Shown piece after piece: positions 12,207 to 25,009 of a stretch of DNA of 64,000 nt. The notes under the pieces were generated by a model. The model saw only the letters and a list, made by a program, of their open reading frames with translations, was not told the DNA's origin and made no database searches. The position numbers and the translations under genes are program-made. Source of the DNA: Eukaryota sp. GEM-RC1. Lineage: Eukaryota. Position 1 is the stretch's first letter. Each line of letters starts with the position of its first letter. The stretch is from NCBI GenBank assembly GCA_040285855.1, contig JAUFOQ010000016.1, positions 1,488,001 to 1,552,000 of the forward strand, in the 5' to 3' direction.

Positions 12207-13689
12207 CTGAGTTTAGGAATGGCTGTTCAGAAGATGGAACAACTCAAAAGGTTCCCAAAAAAGTATGCGTCCAGACAAAATATGAATTTGTAACTTACAA
12301 ATTTAAGACTAAATCCAAACGACTTCATCCCTATCCAGTACAAGATTGCGTTTTAATTAATTACGTTTTTCCACATTAACCTTCACACCAATCTTGCACA
12401 ATTTCTCAACTAAAGGAGAGAAATGGAAAGGCATATTTCCATAAAGGAAAAACACAATACGGTTTTTTCCTTTCAGACATAAAGAAGATGTTAAACAAAA
12501 CTTCTTAAGAAATCTCCATAATTTTTTGATTCATCAATCTTCTGTACATGCCATATTTCTGATATTAACTTGAACTTCTGGGAAACAATGTTCTAGGAAC
12601 AAGGCTAGGTTTAATTTGTTGATACTTCGGGAAAGTGTTAAACGGGGTTCCATATCTACATCACTAGTCCTCCTTAGGAAGACAAAGCTTTAACAAGGTT
12701 CGATTCTAAGGAATCTTGTTTTGATGACATTGAGTTTTAGACTATTTATTGCATTATATCTGCCATAAAAACTGACAGCTTTTTATAAAAACCAGGACAA
12801 TGAACTTATACTTATAACAATAATTCTTGTTGTTGTAAACACGAAGTATTTCACTGTTTTAACAATGTGTTCCACCATATTTGCTTTGGGCCGTTGGTCA
12901 TCTCTGAACCCTCTATTTGGTGACTGAAAATCAAATAATGACGAATTCCTTTCGTTTTTATAGGCTGATTCAGTATGACCTGTGATACTGTGAGCTATAT
13001 GTAATTTGTTAGCCAAAGTAATTCCCATTATTAGTATAGTTACAAAGTCTGTTTAATTCATTTGTATGAACATCTTTTTTTATACCAGAATGTATCAATT
13101 TGATTCAACTGCGAATAAAGATCTTTACCAACGGAAGATCATTGATATGGACAGACAAAGCAAAAATTTCAGAAGCAATAAGTTTTGTGCACCGAATCAG
13201 TAAGAAGTGGTTCAAACCCTACAAAACTTGTAAAGAGATCGAGATCAGTCACACTTTGGTAAATTGGAATTCTTGTGCAAATTCAATTTTAAGATTCTTA
13301 AGTATAAAGCATTCAAAAATCTCCCAGTAGCTGTACAACTGTTGGTAGTACAGTCCATTCTTTATTTAAACTGGTCGTGGAACACATATTTAAGTGATGG
13401 CATTGTCGAAAGTCAAATGGGGCTTTCTAACAGCAATTAGTCTACTAACGAACATCTAAAACTGGTCTAGAGTTATCATATACACGTATTATACAGATTA
13501 TTTCACTTATATCACAATCACAACTGAATCACAAGTATGCTATCAAGTGTTTGGTTTGGGAACTTCTATTGGTAATGGCAAACAAATTCTTAGTAAACAT
13601 ATTTCATTTTCCTTTTGAATATTTGCTTTGCTTCAAAATTCAACCACTTTTTGTGCTAAATCTATACTATACTTTCTTTTTCTTTTCGA

Positions 13690-14065
13690 ATGGTCATCTG
13701 GAAAAGGCTGAACAGCGAAAGTGTTCAAATTATGTGGATGCTTTGCAGAAGCTTAATGAAAATCTATATGCTAAATTTTCATTTGTTCCATTTGCCATTT
13801 CAATTTTTGGTAATATTGGTCCAGCTGGTTTAAAGTTTTTCAGTGATTTTAGTCTTTTATGTCGTTCTAATGGAAAGGTGACTACAATGTAATAGCGCTG
13901 TATGGATTAATCGAATTATGTTCGCTCTTTATAGAAGCATTCCCAAATATTTATGTTCCATTTATTCGAAGTTGTAGAGGGACAATTTCCGTGTTGATGT
14001 GGAGAATTTAACTTCTTTCATTTTCTGAATTAGTATGTATTAATTTATTGTTGCAAATAAACTCT
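13690..14065 (+). mobile_element. Non-LTR retrotransposon 3' relic (RLE domain)
   Basis: LEKAEQRKCSNY...FVPFAISIFGNIG...WINRIMFALYR followed by AATAAA; same pattern as 1655-2095. Confidence 0.6.
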
Positions 14066-15133
14066 TATATTGCTTTAGCTAAAAAATTGAATTCTTTGAG
14101 AACTATGTTCTTAAGTGGTCTTGTAGGGGATAACGAGACAAAATTAACTGACACCGTTATTTCATTTGCTAACTTTGGTGGTGTAGATATTTCAAGAGCT
14201 TCATTCTAAAAAAAATGGTGTCTATTGATGGAATGAAAAATTCTGTTTTTAGAATTATATTAAGATACGTTCTTTTGTTCAATGAACAAATCTCGTTCAT
14301 TCTACCCCGTTGCTCAATTCGTTAGTCTCGGTTATTGACAATTTGGATTAGGATATTAACATATGGAACAGCTGTTCTCCTTCTCATTTTGCCAATTACT
14401 CCTTTTGAATCAGTATTGTCTCCCGTTATATGTAGTTAATCTTCAAAACATGCCTTTAAAAGCAATTGAAAACATCCATTAAAATAGGAGGTTCAACTTA
14501 TCAGTTTGGCAAAACTGTGATGCCCCTATTTATAAAATCTATTATTTACCAATAAGTTGTACAGTCAGGTCCTATAATTTCAACCCTACTCGGACCTTGT
14601 TATTATCGGATCTTGACTGCATAAGAACTGTGGTACTGTTGATCAGGAATTGTTCTGTGTCTAGGGTTTCATAGATTGTACTTTTGTCATCTTACCGATG
14701 TCATTTGATTTTATTAAATGCCCTGTTTACGAATGGTCTAAATGTATTTACAAATTCCATTTTTGGAGTGGAGGTTCATTGCCTCGACAAACACTGTACT
14801 ATTACAATTTGCTTCTGCATCTTATAATCCTTTAAAAATACACTCTTTGGGTTTTAGGGTCCTTCATCCTTGTTACATCTCGTAACAGTCACTCATTACA
14901 TGAGCTGTGAGTCGGAGACGCTACCATTGTTGATTTCATGCGATTACTGAGATTTGTATATACCATTGTCATTTTGGGACAGTTGTGGTCAGCAAATAAG
15001 TGTGACAATCGTGATCTTGATATCATGAGCTTTGTTTAACGGCACAATAAATGACGATGGTAACTCTTAGAATCTCACATTGGATTATCACGTTCAAATT
15101 AGTAATAATATATATTAGTCGGCCAAAAGTACA

Positions 15134-15163
15134 GTACCGGTACATGTACCGTACGTACGGTAC
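15134..15163. repeat. Cluster of overlapping GTAC palindromes
   Basis: GTACCGGTAC, GGTACATGTACC and the perfect 18-mer GTACCGTACGTACGGTAC (15146-15163). Confidence 0.85.
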
Positions 15164-15342
15164 GCCTAAAATCGCTACGGTACGGAACATTTGCGTTCCA
15201 TGATTAAAACTCATGAATGCATACTAAAATAACTGGGTTTATTCTTTAAACAGAGCTACCAAATTCTCCTACAAAAGTACAGTACATTACTTGTTCTATA
15301 TTTTAAGAATAAAACCAATTGTTATGTTATGTACACAGATAT

Positions 15343-15780
15343 CTAAAAATCATTCCGTATCCGCATCGCCAGAGCCATGTCCTTGGGCATAATAGTGACT
15401 CTTTTGCGTGAATTGCACATAGATTAGTATCCTCGAATACACCAACTAGATATGCTTCAGCAGCTTCTTGGAGAGCGCCAATGGCAACGGCTTGAAACCG
15501 TAACTGGGGTGAATACATCAAACAGCAATCATACTTCATTACCAAACTCTTGGGCAATCTCACGAACTAGACGTTGGAAGGGAAGCTTTCTTATCAGTAG
15601 TTCAGTACTCTTTTGGAACTTTCTGATTTCGCGGAGGGCAACAGTTCCTGGACGATAACGATGAGGCTTCTTAATACCACCAGTAGTTGGTGCAGCTTTA
15701 CGAGCAGCCTTGTGAGCCAAGTGTTTTCTTGGTGTTTTTGTGGAGGTCGTCTTTCTTGAAGTTTGCTTGGTACGTGCCAT
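15343..15780 (-). CDS. H3: Histone H3 with a divergent tail; 31-nt intron at 15504-15534; one missing A near 15403
   Basis: MARTKQ...[43 protein letters not shown], intron GTATG..CAG, then LRFQ...[11 protein letters not shown](R)VTIMPKD. Confidence 0.95.
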
Positions 15781-16581
15781 GTGTAGAGAATAAGCAAAAG
15801 AGAAAATGAATTTAGTAACAGATCTCCAGTTTCACGAAGTTTGAATTCAAAACTCATTATCTTAATGGTAGTTTTTGCCACATGTTCTGTTTTGTTTCAT
15901 AAAAGTTATGGTACCATTATGTTAGCTTACGATTTATCAGAAATCAATGTGTTCTAGAAAATTCTGTAGGAGACAGAATCCGTGAAAAACAGGATTGATT
16001 GGACAATCAAAAAATTGTCGTGTCTCCACAAATTCCCGTTTCAGCACTCAAACCACCAATAACATAAACTGCTTCTTTGATCTAGCTTAACTGGTCCATG
16101 TTTTCTTTCTGTTTCGTTGTTGTCATCCAGTAATCGCGTAATTTATCGGTTTACTTCGTCTCTTCTGACGTGTATGAGTTTCAATTCCGTATTCTACCCG
16201 TTTGAGTAGCTGAGATTGATCTCCGGTGTGTAAATCTTCTAGGTCGGACTGTATTCGTATCACCAGTCCCACAACACATATGATGTTCTTTCATGTGTTT
16301 TGAATGCTTCGCATCTTACATTGAACATCATCCCTTCCCTTCCAGACTTGTATTTAACTTCGTCTATGTTATTCATATGTATAGATGCCATACAATCTTG
16401 TTTCTTCTGCATTTTCCTCCAATAAATCTGTACAAGAGTCTATGATTTATCAACTTAAAAGGATATAGAGCAATAATTCGAATCAGTCAATCTATCAAGT
16501 AACATCCAGTCAAAGAGTGATACCAGGAACTTGCGGAAAATAGTTTCAGGAGGATCCTACAACAGTAATGAAGGATATGCC

Positions 16582-16734
16582 TCAACAACTTTCAGCCAGA
16601 CTATTGTAGAGAGTATCAAGCAAAGCATAAGTCTTTTCATCAAGTCCATTCTGTTCATTGTCCATGAACAATGAGATTGCCTCTTGAACCTCCTTGGTAG
16701 AGATAGCAGTTTCAGAAACGATGGTTTCAATCAT
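16582..16734 (-). CDS. Duplicate of the 50-aa small ORF (P10A change)
   Basis: Same frame and stop as 117-269. Confidence 0.4.
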   Translation of the reverse strand: MIETIVSETAISTKEVQEAISLFMDNEQNGLDEKTYALLDTLYNSLAESC

Positions 16735-18124
16735 TGAATAAAGAAGATTGTGTTATGGCTTCTCCAAGTGTCATGTAAGCATTCCTAACACTCATGTTTT
16801 GATATTGCAAACATGTGTTCTGTACAGTTCCTTTATTGGGTTAGTCATAAATCTCATCTATTTCTCGTGATCGAATACACACAACAACAACAACAATCAT
16901 GGAAGAGAACACAGAAGAGTACTAGAGAAAGAGAATGGTCCACATAGACAAAAACAGTCGCCAATGCTGTACGATTTCCTGACGCACGACATCTCAGAGC
17001 TGCGATCTTCCTCTAGTCCAGAGCTGTGGGTGATGACTGCTCCATCAATCTGGCCTCGTCCATACCCCACAATCATCACACTGACCGACACGCTTTCCAG
17101 CTCACTAGTCAATGTGGCTCCGTCTAGTGGAAGACAGCTCATCGTCGATAACTGACACGTCATTCCAGCATACATACACAGGCTCCCGCAAAGGGTGTCC
17201 ATTACAGACAACTCTATTGGATCCGTGAGCGGCATTTCTGATGAAAATGAAAAGTCCATTTCTGCGTGTCAGATTTCGGGTTTTTCTATTGTAAATCCTC
17301 CAGAACGATGACTTGTGGACAGTTTTTTAGTGTATAAGTGTACTTCGACTATGTGCATGTGTTCGTTGTATTGGAAAACGTAAATGTTGTTTGCTTGCTT
17401 AGATAGAGATTTTGACCATTCGACCAGCTTTTCACTAAATGTGTGGTTCTTCGGATGCTATGACAAATTCAATATCCAAAATGTACACATTTCTCATTAA
17501 CCGGTAGGATCTAGAAGTTGTCCAAAGAACAGTTCATGTTGCAATCAATTCCCTCAAATGACTGGACAACAAATCTAGGAACACATAAACACACTTTTTC
17601 TTTTAAGTACTAGTAAGTCGTAGGTATTTCGGTACTTTTGGTTTAAAAATCCAATTTAGAAAAAGTTTATAGATGAAGAGGACAAAAAGCTTGGATTTTA
17701 AAAATCGTATTAGCTTGGCTAAAATTGATCGTCCCGCTTTTTGTGCTTTCTTGATGGATGTTTCTAGTGATTCGGCTTCAGCACTGTTTTCTCGTCATTT
17801 TCAGCAATTTTGTTTCAATCTAAAAAATCATGAATGGCTGGTAAACATGCGACTAAGATTGGGCTCCATTGGTATATTACAAAAGTGTTATCGCATTTGT
17901 TCAAAATCTGTGAATGCCACGCTCAATCATCTTGTTAAATTGTAGCAAATTTATTTCATATGAGATCTGTAATCCACAAGTGTTCGTGATCAGTGTTTAT
18001 CTATGTTCAGATCTAATGGTTTCCACAGCAAAGTTGAACCTCTTTTATTTGCTTTTTCTGATTCTCTTATTCGGAACAATAGTCGTGGTGAATTAATTGG
18101 ACCTTAGAGAAAATCTCAAGCAAT

Positions 18125-18565
18125 TGTACTGGACTTTACTACAGTTGATCCTTGTAATTCTACTTCTACCGAAAAGTACTTAATGATGAATTTCCGGTTA
18201 TTCACCATGCTGAAGACAAGAAAGTTCTTCGATACAGGGATTGTTTTGAAAAGTTAAACTCTCAAAGACACAATGCTTTTGTTTTTCAACCTTTGCAATT
18301 TCTTTTATATTGAAATTTAGGTTCTGCGGCTAATACTAGTAACTTCTTTTTTCCTTTAAGGATTTGGGTAATGATTTCGGTAAAAAGTTCAACGGTGGCT
18401 TTTGGAGAGATCGTCTAGTGTTTGCTCTAGTTCGTTCAATGAACAATTACTTTGATGATATCTTCAAGAGTTTGTTTGGTGGTGGTGAAGGGTGTGTGAT
18501 GGGGTAGGTTTGTCTGTCTATTGTATTTTCTTTAGTGTAAGTTTATAGAATAAAGCACTTTTTTT
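18125..18565 (+). mobile_element. Duplicated copy of the non-LTR RLE relic
   Basis: Part of duplication copy 2. Confidence 0.6.
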
Positions 18566-21495
18566 ATCTATCGTTACCATTATATTGTCTTAAAGGGCTA
18601 TCAACATTGAGTATTTGCGTCTAAATTATCCCATTTTACAGTCGAAATACTAAACCAAAATTTTCAACTTGTGTTTCATATTATTGAGAGGGATTTCCAT
18701 ATGCATATGGTTTGTTTTGTCGCTTTGCAGAAATCGTGTGAATAAAAATCAGAATTGAAAGTTCGTTCTTTCGTAGAAAATCTCTGGTAACTGTACGAAT
18801 TCCAGAAGTAATCGTAACTCCTAGAATTCCAGGAATTACTGTAGCAATCGAAATTGTATGATTTCTAAGAATTCCTGATCCAAAAACCCTGTAATTGAAA
18901 AGTATTGTTTAAAACCTTGTGAAGTCTTGCTGCTAAAGTAGGTGCTAATACATAACACGGCGTAACACGTGTTAAGTAAGAAGATATAGTTTTCCCACAT
19001 CAACACGTCACAAAGGATGTTGTCTGTAAAGCCCAAACACAAATCCATTAACCCGTACAGTACAAAATCACTAGTTTTAACCTACTCGACCAATATTTCC
19101 ACAAATTGAAATTGTAAATTGAACAAATCGAAACATAGAACACAACTTTCATACAGTTGTTTCAAAATATCAGCATAATTTCAACACTTACGATGTTCGG
19201 CCCTTTTAAAAGACCAGTAAAATATAAAATATCAATTTTAATAAGGTGTCTACTTGTTGAAACAACAACTGAAATATTAGAGGACTGTTAAATCAAACTT
19301 CTAAACGATCTACCCAATTTTCACAAGTAATTGCATTAGTCAAAATCATACCCGGAAAATACAGCCACTCACTGAAAAAAATTACAGAATTACAGAAATA
19401 CAGAAAAATACACTTAACACACATAAATACAAAAGAACTCCACCTAAGACAACTTTCACAAAAGTCATGGTGAACTTATTCTGTTTTAAAGTAACAATGA
19501 CTAAAATAATATGAGTTTCACAACCAAGCTAAACATAACATAACAACAAAATACCCGAACAAATATCAGAAAGCCATTATTTAGTTTGCCGTCTTTTTGA
19601 GCAGCTGCCTTTCCAAAACACCTTTTCAACCATTCCAAAGATTGAGATTCCCCAAAGACCTCAAGAGAATTGGGTTATTTTTCATCGTCAGACGAGTTTG
19701 TGACAACAATATCTAATATATTCATCAAGAAGAACTACTGTACTTGCATTTTATCTTCCAATAAAACACAGTTGCATATGCTACCGTCGTTGCCATCATC
19801 AAAAACTGCTTTGTTTTCGAGGAGAAGTACATCAACATGAGTTCTTTGAGCACCCTATATGTGTACATTTTCATCCAAAAATTGTTCTGGTACCGTTTTA
19901 TCCATAAAACTACAGAAAATACAGTATTTACCGAGACTGAGAAAATACAAATAATACAAAAAAATACAGTATCTGTATTTTCCAAGTATGTTCAAAATGG
20001 CAACAACAAGTCTATTCGTCGACTTACAAACCTAAGTTAGTAAGTACATGTAGTAAGTTGCTCTTTTATCAAGACCTGTTGAAACTGTTACGATTTTCCA
20101 AGCAGAAGTATTTCAAATGAATTCGAAAGTGCCTTACCAAAATTTGAAAAGTTGTGATTCAATGATACTATTAAACCGATTATTTAGAATGTTGGTGGAC
20201 TCAGTCTGTTGTACTCCAATTATTTAGTTAAAGAACTCTCATCTTTCTTTCTTGTTATCCGTTCTAAAAGCAATTGTGATTTGAAGCTGAATGGATAATT
20301 GATTTTATTCAAAATGTACAAAGTTTAAAAAAGATAAACACAAAAAAGTCTTTAAGTTTTCAAGCGAAGACTCCATTAATAGCTGATAGTCCTCTACCAC
20401 TTACGATTACAACCATCCCTTGTTGGAATTGGTAGTAGTTGGCAATTGGATCCCCCACTTTGTTGACCCCCACGTTTCAGAGTTACTAAGTGAAAATGAA
20501 ATACCTTCCATGGCTCGATCTCTTCGTGACAAAGGTTTTGTTCTTCTAAATTAAATTAAATTTCTTTTCTTTTTTCTTGGAGACAGAAGCGATGCACTTC
20601 CGCTCGGAGTCCAGATCCTAGTTTCTGACCTAAACCTTCGAATTGCTCCATCCACAGATCAATCTTGAAGTTGAGCATCTGGGACAAACTTCTTGAATCC
20701 TTAGAATGGGATAGCAACATCGACTTCCAGTAGTTCAAACCTTGACTTTTCCTTGACTTTTCCGTGAATGATAATACTGACTAAAAGACCAATCTGTCCT
20801 TTATCAATGATTGGCTTTAAAGTTCCACAGCACATACAGTTCCAAATGGGCTTACCTGCAACGGGTGGTAAGAGTGTCGTATGTTATCTGGAAAATAAGT
20901 GAATGAACCAAACTGCGATCGAATTTCCACAAGTAGTTGACAATTGGACGGAATGGAATCAACGCATTTCTTCATTGAATTGAGAGAGAAACATCAAAAT
21001 GTTCGAAAGACCACCATGAAATATTAGAAAAGCAATTTGTTTTAATAATTAATTCTTATCACCTTCTTTTAATTTGAAGCATTCACCAGGCCCTTGTTCT
21101 TTTTGAAGTGGAGACTCATGTTTTTTGAAATCAACATGTAGTTCACTCATAATACACTCACTTCAGTGTACTTACTCAGAAACTTCAGTCCAGAGTTATG
21201 AATACTGATGTTAATTTTTGTATTTATTACAAATGTAATAGATCAAACAACTAAAATTTGATATCATTAAAACAACATCCAAAAAAAGAGTTATGAATAA
21301 GGTAAATGACTAAATTTCTTGCTCCGAAATAGCCGTTTCTATTCTGTTGCGTATTATAAATAACCAACGGTTAAATACCAATAGCTGTAGACTTCAAAAA
21401 AGAACAATCATAAACCAACCTATTTATCGTTGTTGAATTGAAGCTCTAAGAAACAACGATTAATCACAAACACATAATCAAAAAAACACTAAAAA

Positions 21496-22965
21496 CTAAA
21501 CTTGAATGGGAACAAACTTCTTCTTCTTCTTCCTTCCATCTCTTGGTGCATTCTCTAGTGCCAACTTCTGCAACGCAACCTCCACAGGATCCATTCTCCT
21601 CATGGGCCTACTTGGAGTGGGGGAAGGAAGGGGAGGACTAGCAGCAGTTCTGGTTCTTGTTGGAGCTGGCAACGAAGGGAAATGGTTGGGATTGGAAACT
21701 CTAGTACCAACTCGTCCTGCAAGGCCATTCAAAGCAGGGGCTGAAGGTGCTGAACGTGGAGGTGCTGGAGCTTGTGAAACTAACATTGGGAACTTCTTAG
21801 TTTCTTCTTCCCAGACAAGGTATACTTCAGCCAAGTTTTTCCTCTTTTCAGAGTCTGGGAGAAGTGATAAAAGGTTGCAAAAAGACAATCTGCTTCGGAG
21901 TTAGGACGCATTTCAAAAGAGCAACAAAATAATCAAAGTATTCCTTAGCAGCAATTGATCCGTCCCTGAAAAAGAGGATAAATTTAGGAAATTTTCAAAT
22001 TTCTGATCATTATTAAAAAACGACCGTACTCTTTCCACAGCCATCCTAGATCGCTCCTCTTTCAAATGCTCAGGAAGTTTCCCATAAACCTCTGCCCTCG
22101 ACAACACTTCACTCATGACGTGTTTCTCTCCAGTTTTCCCTCCATTCTTATCTCCTCCCCCAACACTGAACATACCTAACAGGATAGGGGAATTCTTTCC
22201 ATGGTCAGCCTGGGTATGTCTGGCTAAGTCTAATTCATTGTCAAAAACAGCTAGATTGTTTTCTAAACAAGTGGGGATATGACAAACAAAATGCTTAGCA
22301 CAAAAGTGCTCAAGTCGAGATTGCTGACTCTTAAAGCAACAATTTACTACATCTCCCCAATTACACGTTCTCTCAATGCTGTGCTGGCACAAGTGACAGA
22401 TGATGTGACTCTTGACGACGTGATAGAAGAGCGCCTCGTCGTTGTAGACACGTTTTTGACAGACAGGACATTTAGGATGACCAACAAAGGGATGTTCATG
22501 GGAAAGTTCTCCATTGAGATGCTTGGTGAGGTTCTTCTTGGAGTAAGAGGTATGCTCTCCAGGAAGTTTGGGGTTTTCATTGAGACAGATACGGCAGAAG
22601 GGGAGACTATGGAAGGATTCAGAGTGTTTAGCCAGTTGATCTCCGTGTTTGAAGACAGGGGTGTCAGGGCATTGAGAGCAGTGGAAGCTGAGAAGTTTGT
22701 GGGTCTCTTCCTTGAGGAGAGGAGAGGTGAAGAAGAAGTTACGAGTTTTAGGGAGAGTGTGAGTGGCGAGAGGCAGAACTTCGGAATAAGGAAGAAGTTT
22801 ATCCGAAATCACAACAGAAGATACTTCTGCCTTGCAATAAGGACATATGGTGTCTTTGTAAACCAAGCGGAGTTTAAGAGCACAAGTAGCACAAGTATGA
22901 TGATCACAATCGAAAACTGCAACGGAAGAAGGGAGTTTCCCACAGACAAAACAGGCGAGATTCAT
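21496..22965 (-). CDS. ZNF598: E3 ubiquitin ligase ZNF598/Hel2 (ribosome quality control); frameshifts near 21890-21970
   Basis: RING (CFVC...CDHHTCATCALKLR...CPYCK), C2H2 fingers (GHPKCPVC...ALFYH), LLPDSEKR segment and a C-terminal GRKKKKK. Confidence 0.9.
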
Positions 22966-23029
22966 GGAAAAACGAAACCCGCCAAAAGTGATGTCGAAAC
23001 AAAAGGACCTCTCTCAAAAATCTCTAACA

Positions 23030-23317
23030 ATGTCTGAATCTCCAACCCCCATTCTTGACGAGTCTCAAAAGCTTCCTGAGCGCTTCCAGCAGCCCTCTTG
23101 CTTCCAAGGTTATGGTGAGCAGAAACAGCCACATCCTCTTTATCGCACTGCAAACTCTTCATATGGGTCATGTAAGCCCACTGTCCATTCGATGCCTTTG
23201 TGCTGGTCTGGTCGTAAAGGTGATTTTACCCAAACATTCAATGGTTGTACGTTTTTCAACAACTCCCTCAACACATCTGTCAAAGCACATCCCGTCAATG
23301 ACTTAGTTCAAAATTAA
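23030..23317 (+). CDS. PIERCE1/PIERCE2-like (C9orf116/C15orf65) ciliary microtubule inner protein
   Basis: LPERFQQPSCFQGY...HPLYRTANSSYG..PTVHSMP...FNNSLNTS signature. Confidence 0.8.
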   Translation: MSESPTPILDESQKLPERFQQPSCFQGYGEQKQPHPLYRTANSSYGSCKPTVHSMPLCWSGRKGDFTQTFNGCTFFNNSLNTSVKAHPVNDLVQN

Positions 23318-23423
23318 ACCTGCACTTCTTTTTATCATGTATATTGTTTCATTTGTTTGCCGAACTACGGCACAAAATAAATCTGTATCTTAGAACATTT
23401 AATATACTGTACCATTGAAAATC

Positions 23424-24008
23424 CTATCTAATTCCAGCACCTTCTTGTTTCATTGCCTTTAATTGGGCAATCTCCACACGTAAATGCTCTGCCTTTTCAG
23501 AATCGGCTTGTGCAGTTCTGAGTAGAGATTCCTTTTCCTTCACCTCAAATACTTCTTCTTGAAGTGATTGAGCAGCAGTTGCTAGACTACGAATGCGATC
23601 CTCGAACTCCTGATTAGACATTCGCTTTTGTTTCATTTGATTTTCAAGTCGTTGATATTCCTCAGACAAAAACCAAGCCGAGGTTGCTTCAGCCTGCAAG
23701 TCTTCAGACAGTCTTTCCATAGATGCATTGGTTGCTAGAACAGCTTCCTGCAGAGCTCGATATTCTCTATCTAACAAGTTCAATTCCCCATCTTCATACT
23801 CCCGTAAATATCGAAGATACTGTTCCTGCTTAAGCCTCGACTGTAGTGCAGCTATGAAAGCAAGTTGAGTAGGAATTAAGTAGGGATCTTCTGATTCGCT
23901 TAATCCGGCTTCTCTACAAAGTCTCTTGTGAATTACATCAGGTTGAACTCTTCTAGGAAGCCATTGAGCTAATACAGTAGCGATTCGGGCTCGTTCAGTT
24001 TTCTTCAT
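23424..24008 (-). CDS. Coiled-coil protein, possibly Nnf1/PMF1 (Mis12 complex)
   Basis: FIAALQSRLKQE...ELNLLD followed by a C-terminal coiled coil (LENQM...NQEFEDRI), resembling the Nnf1 layout. Confidence 0.45.
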   Translation of the reverse strand: MKKTERARIATVLAQWLPRRVQPDVIHKRLCREAGLSESEDPYLIPTQLAFIAALQSRLKQEQYLRYLREYEDGELNLLDREYRALQEAVLATNASMERLSEDLQAEATSAWFLSEEYQRLENQMKQKRMSNQEFEDRIRSLATAAQSLQEEVFEVKEKESLLRTAQADSEKAEHLRVEIAQLKAMKQEGAGIR

Positions 24009-24079
24009 AATGATGATGAATACTAACCTGGTACTGGAAATAACCGGTCTCTGTAGCAATCGGATATCTATACTTAGGA

Positions 24080-24589
24080 TTAGGTAGTTTTGTTCTTTTC
24101 AAAGTATTTGGAAATAAGGAAGTCACACAACAGTTCTGGATGAGATTCAGGTAGAGGTTTGAAATCATAAACCAAAGCAGTTCTTAGAAGTGATCGTACT
24201 TCACAGGGATTTGACGCTGTGAGCAGACATGACAGGCTTTGGAACTTGGATGCAAGTTCAACTTGGTGGTTATGAAGAAGACTGTTGTTGATTACGACAA
24301 TCAATGGCTTGCGTAATTTCAAAGTTTCTGACATTGTACCTGCACCACCTGCCGAGATAACAAGAGAAGCAGAAGCGATATATTCATGAATTGATGTACG
24401 GTAACGAAACCACTCAACAATACCCTTAAAGTAAGTATGTTTACAGGGAATGTAGTCGCCTTTGCCGATTTGAAAGACAATCCGAGAAAATCCAGTCTTA
24501 TTGCATTCATCGTAAAAAGATTCAGTGTCAAGAACTGAGATAAGTTCATCAAATGACGTTGATCCAACAGTAACAAAAAGTATCATCAT
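24080..24589 (-). CDS. ALG13: UDP-N-acetylglucosamine transferase subunit ALG13
   Basis: LFVTVGSTSFDEL...QIGKG...LVISAGGAGT...KPLIVVINNSLLHNHQVELA. Confidence 0.95.
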   Translation of the reverse strand: MMILFVTVGSTSFDELISVLDTESFYDECNKTGFSRIVFQIGKGDYIPCKHTYFKGIVEWFRYRTSIHEYIASASLVISAGGAGTMSETLKLRKPLIVVINNSLLHNHQVELASKFQSLSCLLTASNPCEVRSLLRTALVYDFKPLPESHPELLCDFLISKYFEKNKTT

Positions 24590-25009
24590 TAAGTGTTGAG
24601 AAAAGTGTTTAGAGTCTAAACTTTACTAAGGATTTCAGTTCGGATGCATAAACCTCCCAATTGTCTTTTCCCCAACATTTCTTTTCCCCGTTCTGTTTTT
24701 CAGTTTTTCCTCTCTCTTATGGGTTTGCTGTTATATCTGTATCATACACGGAACATTCATCTAGAACCTGACGATCTCAATCCTTCTCGTAGAACATACT
24801 CTGCTGTTCATCTCAATAAAGGCGTATCTGATCCGGTGAAGTTCTTATCATACTTTCACGTCTGAACTTTTCGTGAATCTCTGATTCTTCTTTTCATAGT
24901 TTTGCAAAAGAAAGCGAGAAACTGGACTCAACAGAGTTTTATTCGCCATGACCACTTCTGGCGTTCAGTTCGGCATCCCTCGGCTCCATCAGTGGTTCCA
25001 TTAGTGACT

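Larger units (their letters stand above)
16466..20872. repeat. Segmental duplication, copy 2
   Basis: Direct repeat of 1-4407 at an offset of ~16465 with scattered SNPs and indels. Confidence 0.97.

Noticed and set aside
14100..16440. Possible RT-thumb, protease or chromodomain fragments flanking the H3 gene
   Set aside because: Only 3-5 residue hints in heavily broken frames; not supportable by eye.
22279..23037. 252-aa plus-strand ORF and similar antisense ORFs (e.g. 52857-53336, 21506-21904)
   Set aside because: Shadows of well-supported genes on the opposite strand, with no motifs of their own.
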